Positions 12,233 through 23,508 are shown, counted from the first letter of the stretch. The stretch: DNA of 59,654 nucleotides from Coniocarpon cinnabarinum (GCA_051942205.1 JAVECO010000057.1:62001-121654); one strand, 5' to 3'. Program-made: numbers and translations. The notes: generated by a model not told the origin, from the letters alone.

Positions 12233-12864
12233 TCGGACATTTCACGGTGTCTAGAAGAATGCCCACAGCAGATTAGGCAAGGGCGCCCTTGATCTTCCAC
12301 TTGAGCGTACAGGCGTATGCAACAGGGCTCGCGGGTGACCTGTCACCGAATTCTCGTACAAGCGGTTGCAATAATGACTTAATTGGAAGAGCAAAATACG
12401 GGTGATCTGCTTGCCCATGCTTTGGAGATATTGATCCTGATTGGAATAGCAGATACACGCGGGGATCAGTTGTATCAAATAATTGAAGAGAGCATAATGC
12501 AATACCAACCAATTTCCAAATAAATCGCGGATCGAATAAAGCCCCAATCATCAACAAGTCGCCTATCATTTGATAAGTAACGAGGAACTCTCGGAACCTC
12601 GGGACTGGACATTTCGCAGACGGAGATGATTCCGCGGATCTTCTCATCATACTCACAGGCCAGAATTTGCATATCACGCCACTCGTCGAGTTAAAAAGAT
12701 CTCGCAAGGCCTTCAACGATGTCTTTGGTTACTCAGACGCTGAGTCCAGCTCGCGAAAGCCTTTTCTACGAGAGGCGTTCCGCTTGGTACTATCACTTGT
12801 CTGTTGATCCTGGACGAACCTTGAATGCTGCGCCTTGTCGCTGTACGGAGTACATTGGAGCCTC

Positions 12865-14585
12865 ATGTCAACCCCCGCACTCTTGACTGCATTGAACTGC
12901 AAGGACCAAGTTCATCTCATTATTGGCTCGAATCCTCTAGCTGGCGCTAGATGTTCGAAAAGCATTGAAGTTGGAGCAAACCCCAAACTAATTGCACCCG
13001 CCGATGCCACACTGCATTATGGTCTTCAAAAGCGCATCGAAGAGGGTCAAGTTGAATGGTTAAAGAAAGAATTTGAAGATGAAGACTTGAGAACGTACGG
13101 GAGGGATGAGATCGAAGGCTATGCAGATGCCGTGTTTGTCACTCTTGGGGCAACTCACGCACTGAGTACGTCGCTGTGGTCTGACCGCCTTTGATCAATG
13201 GCTAACAATCTTTCCCAGGTCAACGCATTTCAACTCTCTGTCGAAAAACGCGCGTACCAGTCAATGTGGCCGATGCGCCATCGTTGTGCACATTTTCTCT
13301 CCTCTCCACATACAATGACGGTCCACTGCAAGTTGGCACCACCACTTCCGGCAAAGGATGCAAATTGGCCTCTCGGATTCGACGTGAGATTGCTGCTTCC
13401 TTACCTAGAGGGCTGGGAGCAGCAGTCGAACGCTTGGGCTCTATGCGTCGTCGGATATGGGAAGAGGATTATGCTGCGGAGCTATCGCGACACCCCTCAC
13501 TTGAGGTCGAGGTTGGCGAAGAAGATAGTGGCCAGTCTGCAGCGTTCAATCAGCTCGTGACGTCCACCGATGCGGAAGTCGTAAAGCAAAGACGCATACG
13601 ATGGCTGGCGCAAATATGCGAATACTGGCCATTACAACGTCTTGTCAATGTTACCGAGCATGATATTGACGCCGTGCTTAGGTCATACGCTACAAACGCG
13701 CATCCGCCCGGTCCCATCGACATGCAGGCCTTGGACGCTCGACATCGACGGGGCAAAATCATTCTCGCTGGCTCGGGACCAGGCAATCCCGACTTGCTGA
13801 CCATGGCTTGTCGCAAGGCCATCGCGTCAGCCGATTTGATTCTTGCGGACAAGCTGGTCCCCGCCCCCGTCATGGAGATCATCCCACGCCGCGCAGAAGT
13901 CCATATTGCTCGCAAGTTCCCGGGCAATGCTGATCGAGCTCAAGAAGAGCTGTTGGGACTCGGTCTGCAGGGTTTGAGACAAGGTCGTATCGTCTTACGC
14001 CTGAAGCAGGGCGATCCGTATCTGTACGGACGCGGAGCTGAGGAGTATGATTTCTTTCGCAGCCATGGCTATGAAGCTGCTGTTATTCCTGGCATAACCA
14101 GTGCGCTGTCAGCGCCACTTTTTGCGAGTATACCGGCCACCCATCGAGCTGTTGCTGATGAAGTCCTCGTGTGTACTGGCACCGGTCGGAAAGGCGCAGC
14201 GCCTGACCCTCCAGCTTACGTTGCCACCAGGACCGTTGTATTCTTGATGGCTCTGCATCGACTCGGCGATCTCGTCGCTTCATTATTGCAAGATGTCAAG
14301 AAATGGCCGGCAAGCACTCCTTGCGCGGTCATCGAGCGAGCCAGCTGTCCTGATCAGCGGGTCGTTCGAACCACACTGGAGTATGTCTGTGCCGCTGTGG
14401 AAGAGGAAGGCTCCCGGCCACCGGGTTTGCTGGTTGTCGGTCAGGCATGCAAGGTCCTTTGGAATGGTCAACAGCGCTGGGTCGTCGAAGACGGCTTCAA
14501 AGGTCTTGATGATGTTGATGGCCTTCCGGGCGAGCAGGTGCCCCTACCGCTTGAAGTATATGAAGATCTAGCTACTCCCGGATGA
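12865..14585 (+). CDS. MET1: Siroheme synthase / uroporphyrinogen-III C-methyltransferase (CysG-like), 2 exons
   Basis: N-terminal dehydrogenase-like region (HLIIGSNPLAGARC, VNVADAPSLCTFSLLS), intron ~13166-13219, and a methyltransferase domain (LAGSGPGNPDLLT, RLKQGDPYLYGRGAEE, PGITSA). Confidence 0.93.
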
Positions 14586-14728
14586 TTGTAGAGATCTTAG
14601 TCAAAGCCATAGAATAACGTCGCAAAGATCTGCCTGGTCGTCATTTGCATCTTTCCCTGACCATGGTCCCTTTTCTGTCCTCGGACGCTCGACACATAGA
14701 CCTGAGAAGCCTGTCTTTCGCATCAAAG

Positions 14729-14898
14729 CGGCAAGGGCCCGGGACAGAAGTCGTTGTCGGATCTCACCCTGGGCGACGAGCCTATACGATAAGCACGATA
14801 CAGGTTATAAACCTACGAGTATAATGGCGAAAGGTTATTGTTAGCGAAAAGATACTAAATTATAGTGCGGCAATAACTACTCTACAAAGCCCTTACCA
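14729..14898 (+). mobile_element. MITE-like repeat, copy C (RIP-mutated)
   Basis: Starts cggcaaggg and ends cccttacca. Near-colinear with 15430-15604, differing mostly by transitions. Confidence 0.8.
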
Positions 14899-14924
14899 GA
14901 AAGGTAACAGAGGCGAAGCTGAGA

Positions 14925-15429
14925 TTATAGGCAGATGCGAGAGGAATCACGCTTCTTGATAATTTGATCTGCTTGGTTGAAATCATAAAGACCACGGATG
15001 CTTAATAAGGTAATCTTATCAGGGTTAAAGCGATGGTTAATAGCGTCAGTTACAGTAAAGTCGTCGAACGGTATGTTCTCTTCCTTATTAAAGAAAACAG
15101 TAACGTTTATAGAGATTAGTAATAAGCTCTTTTCAATCTTTTTTTAGTACTTACTATAGTTTATATCCTTTAGCTTAGATTTACTCTTGTCTTGTTTAAC
15201 GTTAAAGACCTAAGTAATAGGTAACTATACCTTAGTACTATCCCTCTATACGTAGAACCTATTAACGCGAAAACCTAGTAGCTAGTAAGCCCAGCTAATG
15301 CCCTCGAGGTTAATTTACAATAGTTTGTTAGGTAATACTTGGTGCTTGTTAACGTAGATACGCTATAACAGAGTTTGGTTGGCGTCCTTGTACGCGCTCG
15401 GGTCTGTGTGGATGTCTTGCTCGATCGTA
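14925..15429 (-). pseudogene. RIP-inactivated, intron-containing gene fragment of unknown family
   Basis: One minus-strand frame reads EQDIHTDPSAYKDANQTLL*RIYVNKHQVLPNKLL*INLEGISWAY*LLGFRVNRFYV*RDSTKV*LPIT*VFNVKQDKSKSKLKDINY. After a GTAAGT intron at 15154 it continues VTVFFNKEENIPFDDFTVTDAINHRFNPDKITLLSIRGLYDFNQADQIIKKRDSSRICL*. All six internal stops are TAG/TAA, as expected from RIP. Confidence 0.65.
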
Positions 15430-15604
15430 CGGCAAGGGTCTAGAATATAAGCTGTTGCCGAATCTCAGTCTAGACAACGAGCCTGTACAATAAGCACGAT
15501 GCAGGTTACAAACCTACGAGTATAACGGTAAAAGGTTATTATTAGCAAAAAGATACTAAATTATAATGCGGTAATAAGGTAACTACTCTACAAAGCCCTT
15601 ACCA
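15430..15604 (+). mobile_element. MITE-like repeat, copy D (RIP-mutated)
   Basis: ta|cggcaagggtc ... cccttacca. It also shares a ~45-bp right flank (gaaagg.gacagaggc.aagct.agattatag.cagat.cg) with copy C. Confidence 0.8.
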
Positions 15605-15647
15605 GAAAGGTGACAGAGGCAAAGCTAAGATTATAGCCAGATACGTA

Positions 15648-15798
15648 CGGCAAGAGCCAAATCTCAGTCTAGGCGACGAGCCTATACAATAAGCATAATT
15701 TAGATTACAAAACTACGAGTATAGCGGCGATAGGGTCTTGTCGAAGAAAAGCCACTGAATTATCTTGCGGCAACGACTACCCTATAGAGCCCTTGCGG
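15648..15798 (+). mobile_element. MITE-like repeat, copy E (internal ~20-bp deletion)
   Basis: ta|cggcaagagcc..atctcagtctaggcgacgagcctatac ... gcccttgcgg. Confidence 0.78.
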
Positions 15799-16026
15799 AC
15801 TCGAATTCTTCATGCGTCATGTGTAATGGAAGGTTTCATGTCTTCGTCGTATCGTACATTCTCGATCCTTGCTCATCAGTCATTCTACCACCCCAACTTC
15901 CGACTCTACTAGATTGATCATATCCTGGCCCTTTTCATAGTCAGGTAGATGGCCTCACTACTCTCCCACTTCCCACGTCGTTGGATTTTAATCGACGCTT
16001 TTATCTCCCACGGGGAACAGTAGTTT

Positions 16027-18390
16027 CTACCTACTAAACCCCCACCAGCCCTTGCGCTTCTTCATCTCCCCATCCTCAACCGGCACCGCCTCTAGATCCT
16101 CGACGCCGGGAACACGCCACGGCACTCCTGAGCGATCATGTCGAATGAAGCCACCGAGTCCTAGACGCTCTTTGGGTGAGAGTTTCCAGGACAAGGAGAG
16201 CTGACTGCGGATAGACGCGGTGTCAGAGATGGAGTTGGCGTCTGCGTTGGGGTCGAAAGAAGGATATGGAGCTGGTGGTAAGGGAGCTGTGGGGTTTATT
16301 GGCAGTGCTGCGTCCTGGTCTGAAGTGACTGGGCCTGAATCGGTACGCTCGATCTTATTATGCGAAGCAGCACTTAAAGGGGTGCGGAAAGGGCCCAAGG
16401 ACGGTGTCTCGTCGATGGTGCCAACGTCAGCAGTTTCAAATGTCGTGTATACGGCCGTCCCATTCACCTGCACGACCGCCTCTTCATGCACACCCAACGT
16501 GTCACTCTCTCGCTTGAGGCGCTCTGTCTTCATGCGCTCCTCCCACTCTCCACCCTCTCCACGGACCCATTCCACCTCGTCATCTTGAACGCTAGACAAG
16601 ATACTCGCACGTTCTGATGCATCGTCAGCCAGATGCATGGAGACGGGTACGCTCAGCTGGCTGGCGGCGTCGCTTTCGAGGATGGGAGTAAGCTGCTTGC
16701 CGCCATTTGCAGGAGGTCGAAGAAGCCCTGGAGATTGGAAGCCGTGAGATCGCATGTGGAGGGGTCGAATGGCAGGGCCAGCGATGGCGTTCGAGGGGAT
16801 GGAATCCACGGAGGCAGGTTCGGGAGGTCGAAGACTGGGAGACTGTGGAGGGGTCGCAAACTGATTTTGTGCTGGCGTGGGTGCAGTGCTGGCGGCGAAG
16901 GGCCGTGAGAAAGAGCGAGGCGAGGCGCTGCCTGTGCGCAGCGGTGACTGCGGCGGCGACGAGGTGGAGGAGGAGGCTTGTGGAGGTTCAAACGGTCGTG
17001 AGAAGGAGCGTGGCGAAGTCACTCGCTCAGGCGACGTAGGTGGGAGGCTGGGACTTTGAGGCGTGGCCACGGGTGTGGTCGAGCGAAAAGGTGAGCGGCA
17101 GGGAATCGGTGGTGGTGGAGGGGCCGCAAGATCGGGCTCTGGAAGTGGAGAAGAGTCGGCGAACGGGGCCGGAAGTGGCCACTGAGAGCCTTTTCGTGCT
17201 ACTGGTGTGCTAGGTGAGGTATCATCGAACAGTGAGTGAGCGACTTTGATGTGAGGGCTCTCTGAGAAGACGTCATCTGGAGTGTCATAAGTGAATTCTT
17301 TTGAGGGCGTTGGCAATTTTTCCGAATCTATTTCGAGAGACTGCTTTGGCACTGGGGGATGATCTGTAACCAAAGGTGGTGGCTCGTGTGGGCGTAACAC
17401 CTCCGGAGATGGATCAGGCGGCTCATTATTCTCTTCAAGTGCCTGATCTTGTTGTATGGCAGAGGATGCTGCAACGGCCCTAAGCGTCTCATTGCTCGAG
17501 GTTCGTCTTGCGCTGGGCATTTGAGTGAGACTCAGTAAAGCGTCGTCAAATTCAGCTGTGACGGAAGGTCGCGCAGAGTTGGGTGCTGTGTCATGGCCAT
17601 CAAGTTTAAAACGGTCTGTCAAGCCAGGGCCCTGATCAACGCCGTCCTCTGAATTAGCTACCTGACTGTTTGACGGTGAACGAGACAGCGAGAAGGCGTC
17701 AGCTTGAGCAGCTTCCATGCGTTGTCGAGATGTCCTCCCACTACTTCCTCGACCGCTACTGCCCCGACTGCCTCGACTGCTTGAACTTCCCGGAGTTCCT
17801 GACGGCCCGTGACTGTGACCTGACCAAGAACCGCTCGAAGAGCTTCCCTGGTTGCTGACGGCCACCGTCTTGATTGATATCCTGCCCAAGAACGAGTTTT
17901 GATCTGTGCTGTGCTTCCATGTGTCATTCCCTGGCTCATGTGCAATCTTGGGCATGCCATCCCACTTGGAGTTGACCTTGGGAACATATTCAGGCAGCTT
18001 CTGCCTAGATAAGTTTTGCATCGATGCTGAGCCGGGTCCTTTGAGGGCAGCCGCCCTTCGCTGTTGTTCGGCATACTGGAGAAAGGCATCGGTAGATGGC
18101 TCTTTGGCGGTGAGGAAGTTCATGATACCATTCTTCTTCTTTTTTGGAGGGTTGGAATCGTGGAGAGTGAAGATGGAGGATGCTTGGCTTGGTCGATGTG
18201 GGGTTGGAGAGTAGATGCCATTGGAAGGTGTCGAGGGCGCGTTTGGAGAGTCGAGGGTGGAGGCACTGGCTAAGAACGCAGGATTTGCATCTTGCTGTTG
18301 CAATTGAGGAGGAACGGAAGTGGTGTCGTCGACCCTGTTTCTGACTTTAAGCTTAGGAATACGAACTGGAGGAGGGGGATTGCTGCCCAT
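16027..18390 (-). CDS. Pro/Ser-rich, largely disordered hypothetical protein (787 aa)
   Basis: Long intronless ORF with short ordered-looking blocks: KEPSTDAFLQYAEQQR, LPEYVPKVNSKWDGMP and WKLSPKERLGLGG. Confidence 0.85.
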   Translation of the reverse strand: MGSNPPPPVRIPKLKVRNRVDDTTSVPPQLQQQDANPAFLASASTLDSPNAPSTPSNGIYSPTPHRPSQASSIFTLHDSNPPKKKKNGIMNFLTAKEPSTDAFLQYAEQQRRAAALKGPGSASMQNLSRQKLPEYVPKVNSKWDGMPKIAHEPGNDTWKHSTDQNSFLGRISIKTVAVSNQGSSSSGSWSGHSHGPSGTPGSSSSRGSRGSSGRGSSGRTSRQRMEAAQADAFSLSRSPSNSQVANSEDGVDQGPGLTDRFKLDGHDTAPNSARPSVTAEFDDALLSLTQMPSARRTSSNETLRAVAASSAIQQDQALEENNEPPDPSPEVLRPHEPPPLVTDHPPVPKQSLEIDSEKLPTPSKEFTYDTPDDVFSESPHIKVAHSLFDDTSPSTPVARKGSQWPLPAPFADSSPLPEPDLAAPPPPPIPCRSPFRSTTPVATPQSPSLPPTSPERVTSPRSFSRPFEPPQASSSTSSPPQSPLRTGSASPRSFSRPFAASTAPTPAQNQFATPPQSPSLRPPEPASVDSIPSNAIAGPAIRPLHMRSHGFQSPGLLRPPANGGKQLTPILESDAASQLSVPVSMHLADDASERASILSSVQDDEVEWVRGEGGEWEERMKTERLKRESDTLGVHEEAVVQVNGTAVYTTFETADVGTIDETPSLGPFRTPLSAASHNKIERTDSGPVTSDQDAALPINPTAPLPPAPYPSFDPNADANSISDTASIRSQLSLSWKLSPKERLGLGGFIRHDRSGVPWRVPGVEDLEAVPVEDGEMKKRKGWWGFSR

Positions 18391-19518
18391 GCGGGTTTGG
18401 GAGGAGAGGGACTCTACGACAGATCTTGGTTAGCACGCTGACGGGTAAGAGATCTAATGGGTAGGAACGTGGCTGGGCAAGATTGAGGCGCGCGCGAGGA
18501 TGATGCAAGATCAAGTGACAAGAGGCAGGCGCGACTCGATGCGGTCCGCACTTACCACATGGTCAACATATTTTGCTGGGCCGCAACTGGGAAATCGCGC
18601 GCTTGACCGCAAGTTGGCGCAAGGCACCCGCAATGCTCGGATCTCAAATTCAGATCTACCACAGCGCGCGAGCGTAGGGCAGTGCACTAGGCCTCGCGGC
18701 AACGACTCCGTGCCTGTTTGACATGTCCGAGCACGAACGTGGCATGAGCACTGAGCACGAGTGGGATGGTTAAGGTTATATCAGGACGCAGGTCCCGCGA
18801 GCGTGTGATTCGCCGCAGGTGGGTTCCGCAGAAGCTTACACCACGAGCTCGACAAGAATTACTGGTGGCTGACCACTCGGACCGCGACGGCAGTGGACTG
18901 GTCAGATGGAGGAGAATGGTGTGATGGGTGGAGGTCGAGACGAAGACGCCTAGATGCAATTCTAGACTATCAGCCACGTGGAGCGCTATATCTTGCAATA
19001 GCTAGCCTCGACGGAAGCTGTGGCATTGCCCGGGTGTCGGCATCAACCTACTTTTTCCTGCCTGAACGCTGACAATGTCAGGGTGTCAGGTCCGGGCTCC
19101 ATTTGATCAAGGGCTTTCAAGCATCATTTGGTGCCCCCGTAGGAATCAGCAACAGTGTGGGAAGATCTAGAACTGGGCCACGGTGAGCCAGCAATGGTGA
19201 CAGAAGGCCCAACGGCGGCGCCATTGGCTGGGCGCATTCACGGACTTCGCCTGGCAGGGTGGCAGGAATTCAATTTCCCTCGTTGCTCGTCCAGGCAACA
19301 TCTTGTCACGTCTTCTCCAGGTATTGTGCTCAGGTACTTCTGTCAAGTCTGTCACCCGATCGCTTCTAAGTTACCAAACACCGCTCTTTGGCACGTAAAC
19401 ACTCCGTAGGCCACTCAATCACACATCTGTATTGCACAGGCTCATAAACGCTTGTCATTCCCGCTCTTGACACGTTGAATGCGGAGCTGCTGAATGCTTT
19501 AATCAGTTCCTGATCGAG

Positions 19519-20334
19519 ATGCTTCCAGTCGTGGCAACCAGCGAAGGATCAACCTCTACTACAAATCGTCCCCCGCAGCCCCATCCTATAGACACGCAAG
19601 CAACCTCTCATGAAATTGATAACACCGACGACATCGAGCGCCCGCCTGTCTCTCCCATCACACCAACGGCATCTCATGTGGATCCCGCAGAGGCTGCTTC
19701 GATAGATACCAAGTTCCCTTACGCTCTGCCTGCAGACAATGGAAGATTCATGCAGAGGCCTGAGTCATTGCCGATTGACGAAGACCAGAATTTTGATGCA
19801 ATTGCGCTCAAGTCGTCCTTGGCAACCTTGGAGCTGCAGAAGCAGAAAGCCCGGCAAGATATGCTCAAGCTCCGAGACATTCGCGATGGTGGCCTGCAAA
19901 GTCCTGAAAGGTTCAAGGACGATTTAGTGTCTGGCAGACTCACTTACGAAGCTCGTCCTCAAAACGCTCTGCAAGCCACCCTAGAAGGCGGCAATGACAG
20001 CAGCGACGAGGGAGACGATGATGGTGACACACATGCGGGCAAAAGAGAACATGCGTCAATGAAGATACCAGGTCCACAGAACATCGTTCGATGTCCGCCT
20101 ATCAATTGGGAAAAATACCATATCATAGGTGAGCCCTTAGATCGCATGCATGAAGACCAACGCAAACGGCCCACGCCCGGCCAACCATGGTCTGAAGAGC
20201 GCGAAGCTGTTGCATCTGGGAGCTATGAGCCTTCGAGAGATAAGTCTGCACCAATTTCGCAGACAAAACCTGCACACCTCCCACCACCGATGGAGACTCG
20301 AAGAAGTCACAATCGAAAAAAGTCTGGTGGCTAA
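19519..20334 (+). CDS. Conserved fungal hypothetical protein (coiled coil plus PQNIVRCPPINWEKY motif, possibly ZZZ3-related)
   Basis: 271-aa ORF containing DAIALKSSLATLELQKQKARQDMLKL and IPGPQNIVRCPPINWEKYHIIGEPLDRMHEDQR. The family link is from memory. Confidence 0.8.
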   Translation: MLPVVATSEGSTSTTNRPPQPHPIDTQATSHEIDNTDDIERPPVSPITPTASHVDPAEAASIDTKFPYALPADNGRFMQRPESLPIDEDQNFDAIALKSSLATLELQKQKARQDMLKLRDIRDGGLQSPERFKDDLVSGRLTYEARPQNALQATLEGGNDSSDEGDDDGDTHAGKREHASMKIPGPQNIVRCPPINWEKYHIIGEPLDRMHEDQRKRPTPGQPWSEEREAVASGSYEPSRDKSAPISQTKPAHLPPPMETRRSHNRKKSGG

Positions 20335-21063
20335 GTGACTTTCTCTGGGACGGTCTCGAATGCAAGCGAAGCTCGCCTTCCCTCTTCAGAATGTTTACTG
20401 AAAATCTTAATTCTTTCTTCTATAGAAAAGCTTGCATGCGGAGGACGAGCTTGTCGCAAAGCATGCTTCCAACGTCATTGACGAATCTTAGAGATTATTG
20501 GGACCTGGTATCTGTAGGATAAGATTTCTGTAACCTTGGAGGCACGACCTGGGTCACGGTTCTTCATTCTCGGGACAAGCGGAAGTGCACACCCTGACAA
20601 AGCCGCATTGATGCGCAGCGTTCCGCCTCAAGAGAGACATTGCCACTCAGCACTGGTCGTCGTACGGTTTGTGAACAGCAGAATCGAGGTGGACAGGGCA
20701 GATGACAGTCCGGCCGCGACTGAGCTGCGGCGCAGTAAAAGACGATCGAGCCAATCGCAGAGGCAAAGCCTTATGAGTTGCCGCATTAGGCACATCACGA
20801 GATGGCACCAGCCACAAGGTGCTGTTGACGACTCCTCTCTGGGCATCCTGCGCCATCCGCTCTTTCTCGACTCCTTCAGCTCGCTTCTTCCCTGCTGCCT
20901 TTCACTCATTCATCCGCATTCATCGTCATCTCAAATTGCTCTACATCTGCTCGACGCCAGTCTAGTTTCCGTTGCAAAAGTATATTGCTCTTCCAAGCAA
21001 ACGCCAAGCTTCTTGGTCGCTCACGCCGGGTCGCTAAACCTTAATCAGTCGCACGTCTTCGCC

Positions 21064-21600
21064 ATGTCGAACCAAGGATACTACGGCCAGCCTCAATACC
21101 CTCAGCAAGCGTATGTTCACCATGCCATTATCCGCCGTCAAAGCTTTGCGCAGGACCGTATTATACGGGTACACAATTATTCCTGATGTCGGCTGACACA
21201 CCTCTAGCTACGGTCCACCCCCTGGCCAGTATGGCGGTTACCCCCCTCCTCAGCAGGTACGACTGAACCCACCGTTAACCTGGCGACTACTCTTCCATGT
21301 TACTGACCGCTCGCATAGATGGCCTACCAACAGCCGCCTCCTCAGCAAGTGGTCGTCAAGGAGAAGAAGGACCGGGGTTGCCTCATGAGCTGGTACGCTT
21401 ACATTCGAGTCTTGACATGTTTTCGAAGGAGGTGCAATGGGCTGACTTGATTGATAGTCTGGCAGTCATGTGCTGCTGCTTCCTTTGTGAGGAGGGATGT
21501 GAATGCTGCGCAGGTATGTCGACTGCCTGTTCTGACCGCCGCGAATGGCTAGCTGATGTAGAACTTAGATTGCTGCGAGTGCGCAGAGGACTGCTGCTAA
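21064..21600 (+). CDS. CYSTM (cysteine-rich transmembrane module) protein, 85 aa, 5 exons
   Basis: Exons 21064-21110, 21208-21256, 21319-21392, 21458-21513 and 21569-21600 splice to MSNQGYYGQPQYPQQAYGPPPGQYGGYPPPQQMAYQQPPPQQVVVKEKKDRGCLMSCLAVMCCCFLCEEGCECCADCCECAEDCC*. All introns are GT..AG. Confidence 0.92.
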
Positions 21601-23508
21601 TCAGCCAACAAACATTTCCCCCATATTTTGTGCGCAATGGCAAGCTTGCAAGAGTCGGGTAGAATGGTCGACGTTGCAAGCACGATGGACAACTGATCCG
21701 GGGAACGCCGATTCAATATACTTCTGGTGTTGGGCGTTCGTCTCAAAGACGCTGAGACGTTCACGACCACCCGTGAGCACTGAGCGCAGCCCGAATACGA
21801 CGGCAAGCGTGGCGAATGGCATCGCTCTTCTGTTCTTATATGAGCACTTCGTACTTTGGAAGATTAGGCGTTTCGTTACGGCCTCGGAATATCATTCACA
21901 ACGACTAGTTCCTTCCTGCATGCACGTATCTAGCTTCTATACAATGTCCGAGTTAGTTCTACCTAGACGTGACGTCTCGCTCTTGCCTCTTCAGTAACGC
22001 TAGGAGGACCTCTGGCTCCTGGAGACGGTGAACTCTGTCCACCATTTGGCTCTGCTTGAGCTGTGATGTAGCGCACTGCATGTTTTTCGAGAATACCTCA
22101 TCATAAATACGCCGGTCTGCTATTCTCACGGGCGAGTGTGATCTTGTGTGGAAGCCGTTGATCGTTTTTTCTCATTGCCTGCCGGGCCAATGCACGCAAA
22201 ATCACGTGACTCTCAGCCTATATCGCGAAGGCTTACCTTCTCAAGCTACGTTTCGAGTAGCACCCGATGGTGCGATGTAAAACCAATCAGTCAAACGGGA
22301 AGCGCTTTCCAGACGTAACCAGAATGGAACGCCAATGGCACAATGGGTGAAAACCAGACAGAGGCGCTCAGCCCTACCAAAGATGAAACAACTAAGTACC
22401 TCACCTACCCAGCCCTGACGCGCGCGACTCCTGGGCCAATCTCCTTCCCCACCTTTTGCGCCTCCTCCCTCCAGCTCTCTTCTTCTGCCCACGAACCACG
22501 CTTCGCTCAACACTTCGCACTTCAGCACGTATCTATTGTTCTAGATGAGCCCTGCTGCGTGTCGCCGCATGCACGGCCTTTGCTGCGACTCGCGCTCGCT
22601 GTTTGCATGCGACGCGCCTGCTTCTCCCTGGTCGCTACGGCGCCGCATCCGCTCATGGAAATGCCCTTGTACGCACCACCGCACTAGGTACGTTTCATTC
22701 AGGACCGGACCGCAGCAGCGTCACTTGCGAGTGATTCGACGAAGCGCCAATGGCTCGTTTCATCAATGGATCCGATCTGCACGCTGCCAATCTGACGCCC
22801 TGTTGCTGGCGGGGATGGCCCTGTGTGGAGACGCGTCCAAGATTCTGCCAGCTGCCTCCTTGGGCCAAACACTCCATCATGTCACCTCACAATTTGATGC
22901 AAGCCCTATCCCTCCAGCCCCATTAGTGTGAGGCTGTTGGGACTGCGTCCACCTTTCCAGCGCGCACACGCACCCTTGCTTGCGGCCACGGCGGAGAGAA
23001 TCATGTTCCCTGCACTTCTCACGACGACCCAATGTTTCTAGTTACTTTCCCTATCTGCTTGGCACCACCTCTTCACCACCTCATTGCCCGCAAACACTGT
23101 TCACTCTCGCTCCTCTTTCTCTCTTCACTATTCGCAAGATGCTGCGTTGATCCTGTCAGTCCTTTTTGGGAATACACACTCTCGTTCACTACACTCGTTA
23201 CTACTATTCCGCCTAATATTCATTGCTTCGCTTACCCTCATTCGTGCCGGTTCACGACAAGTCAAACAACCTACGGTCATTTCTTTGTCCAAACACAGTC
23301 TCTTACAAACGAACACAATCGCCATTGTTGCCATTGTGCTCACGCCGCTCATTGTTCTCAGCTTCGAGTCTGGTCCACGCTGTGCATTGATTTGCTCTCG
23401 GCGTTTGGAAATCGCATTTTGAAGATACCCTTTAGAAGAGCGTAGATTTTTCTTGCTACCCTTGCATAGTGCACCAAGCACGCCTAATCAGCAACTTCGC
23501 CATCGAAG

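Noticed and set aside
12251..12716. ORFs of 98-147 aa between SUR7 and MET1
   Set aside because: Weak starts and no family motifs. Probably intergenic or UTR.
14815..14896. Intron-like signals (GTAAGG..CTAAC..TAG) on the minus strand of repeat copies C and D, suggesting an introner-like element
   Set aside because: The GT donor occurs only in the RIP-mutated copies (GCAAGG>GTAAGG). The other copies have GC, and all copies are intergenic.
14729..15645. Reading the direct repeats as LTRs or as a CRISPR-like array
   Set aside because: There are no TG..CA ends or gag/pol remnants, the unit has its own TIRs and occurs solo elsewhere, and the sequence is eukaryotic with no regular spacers.
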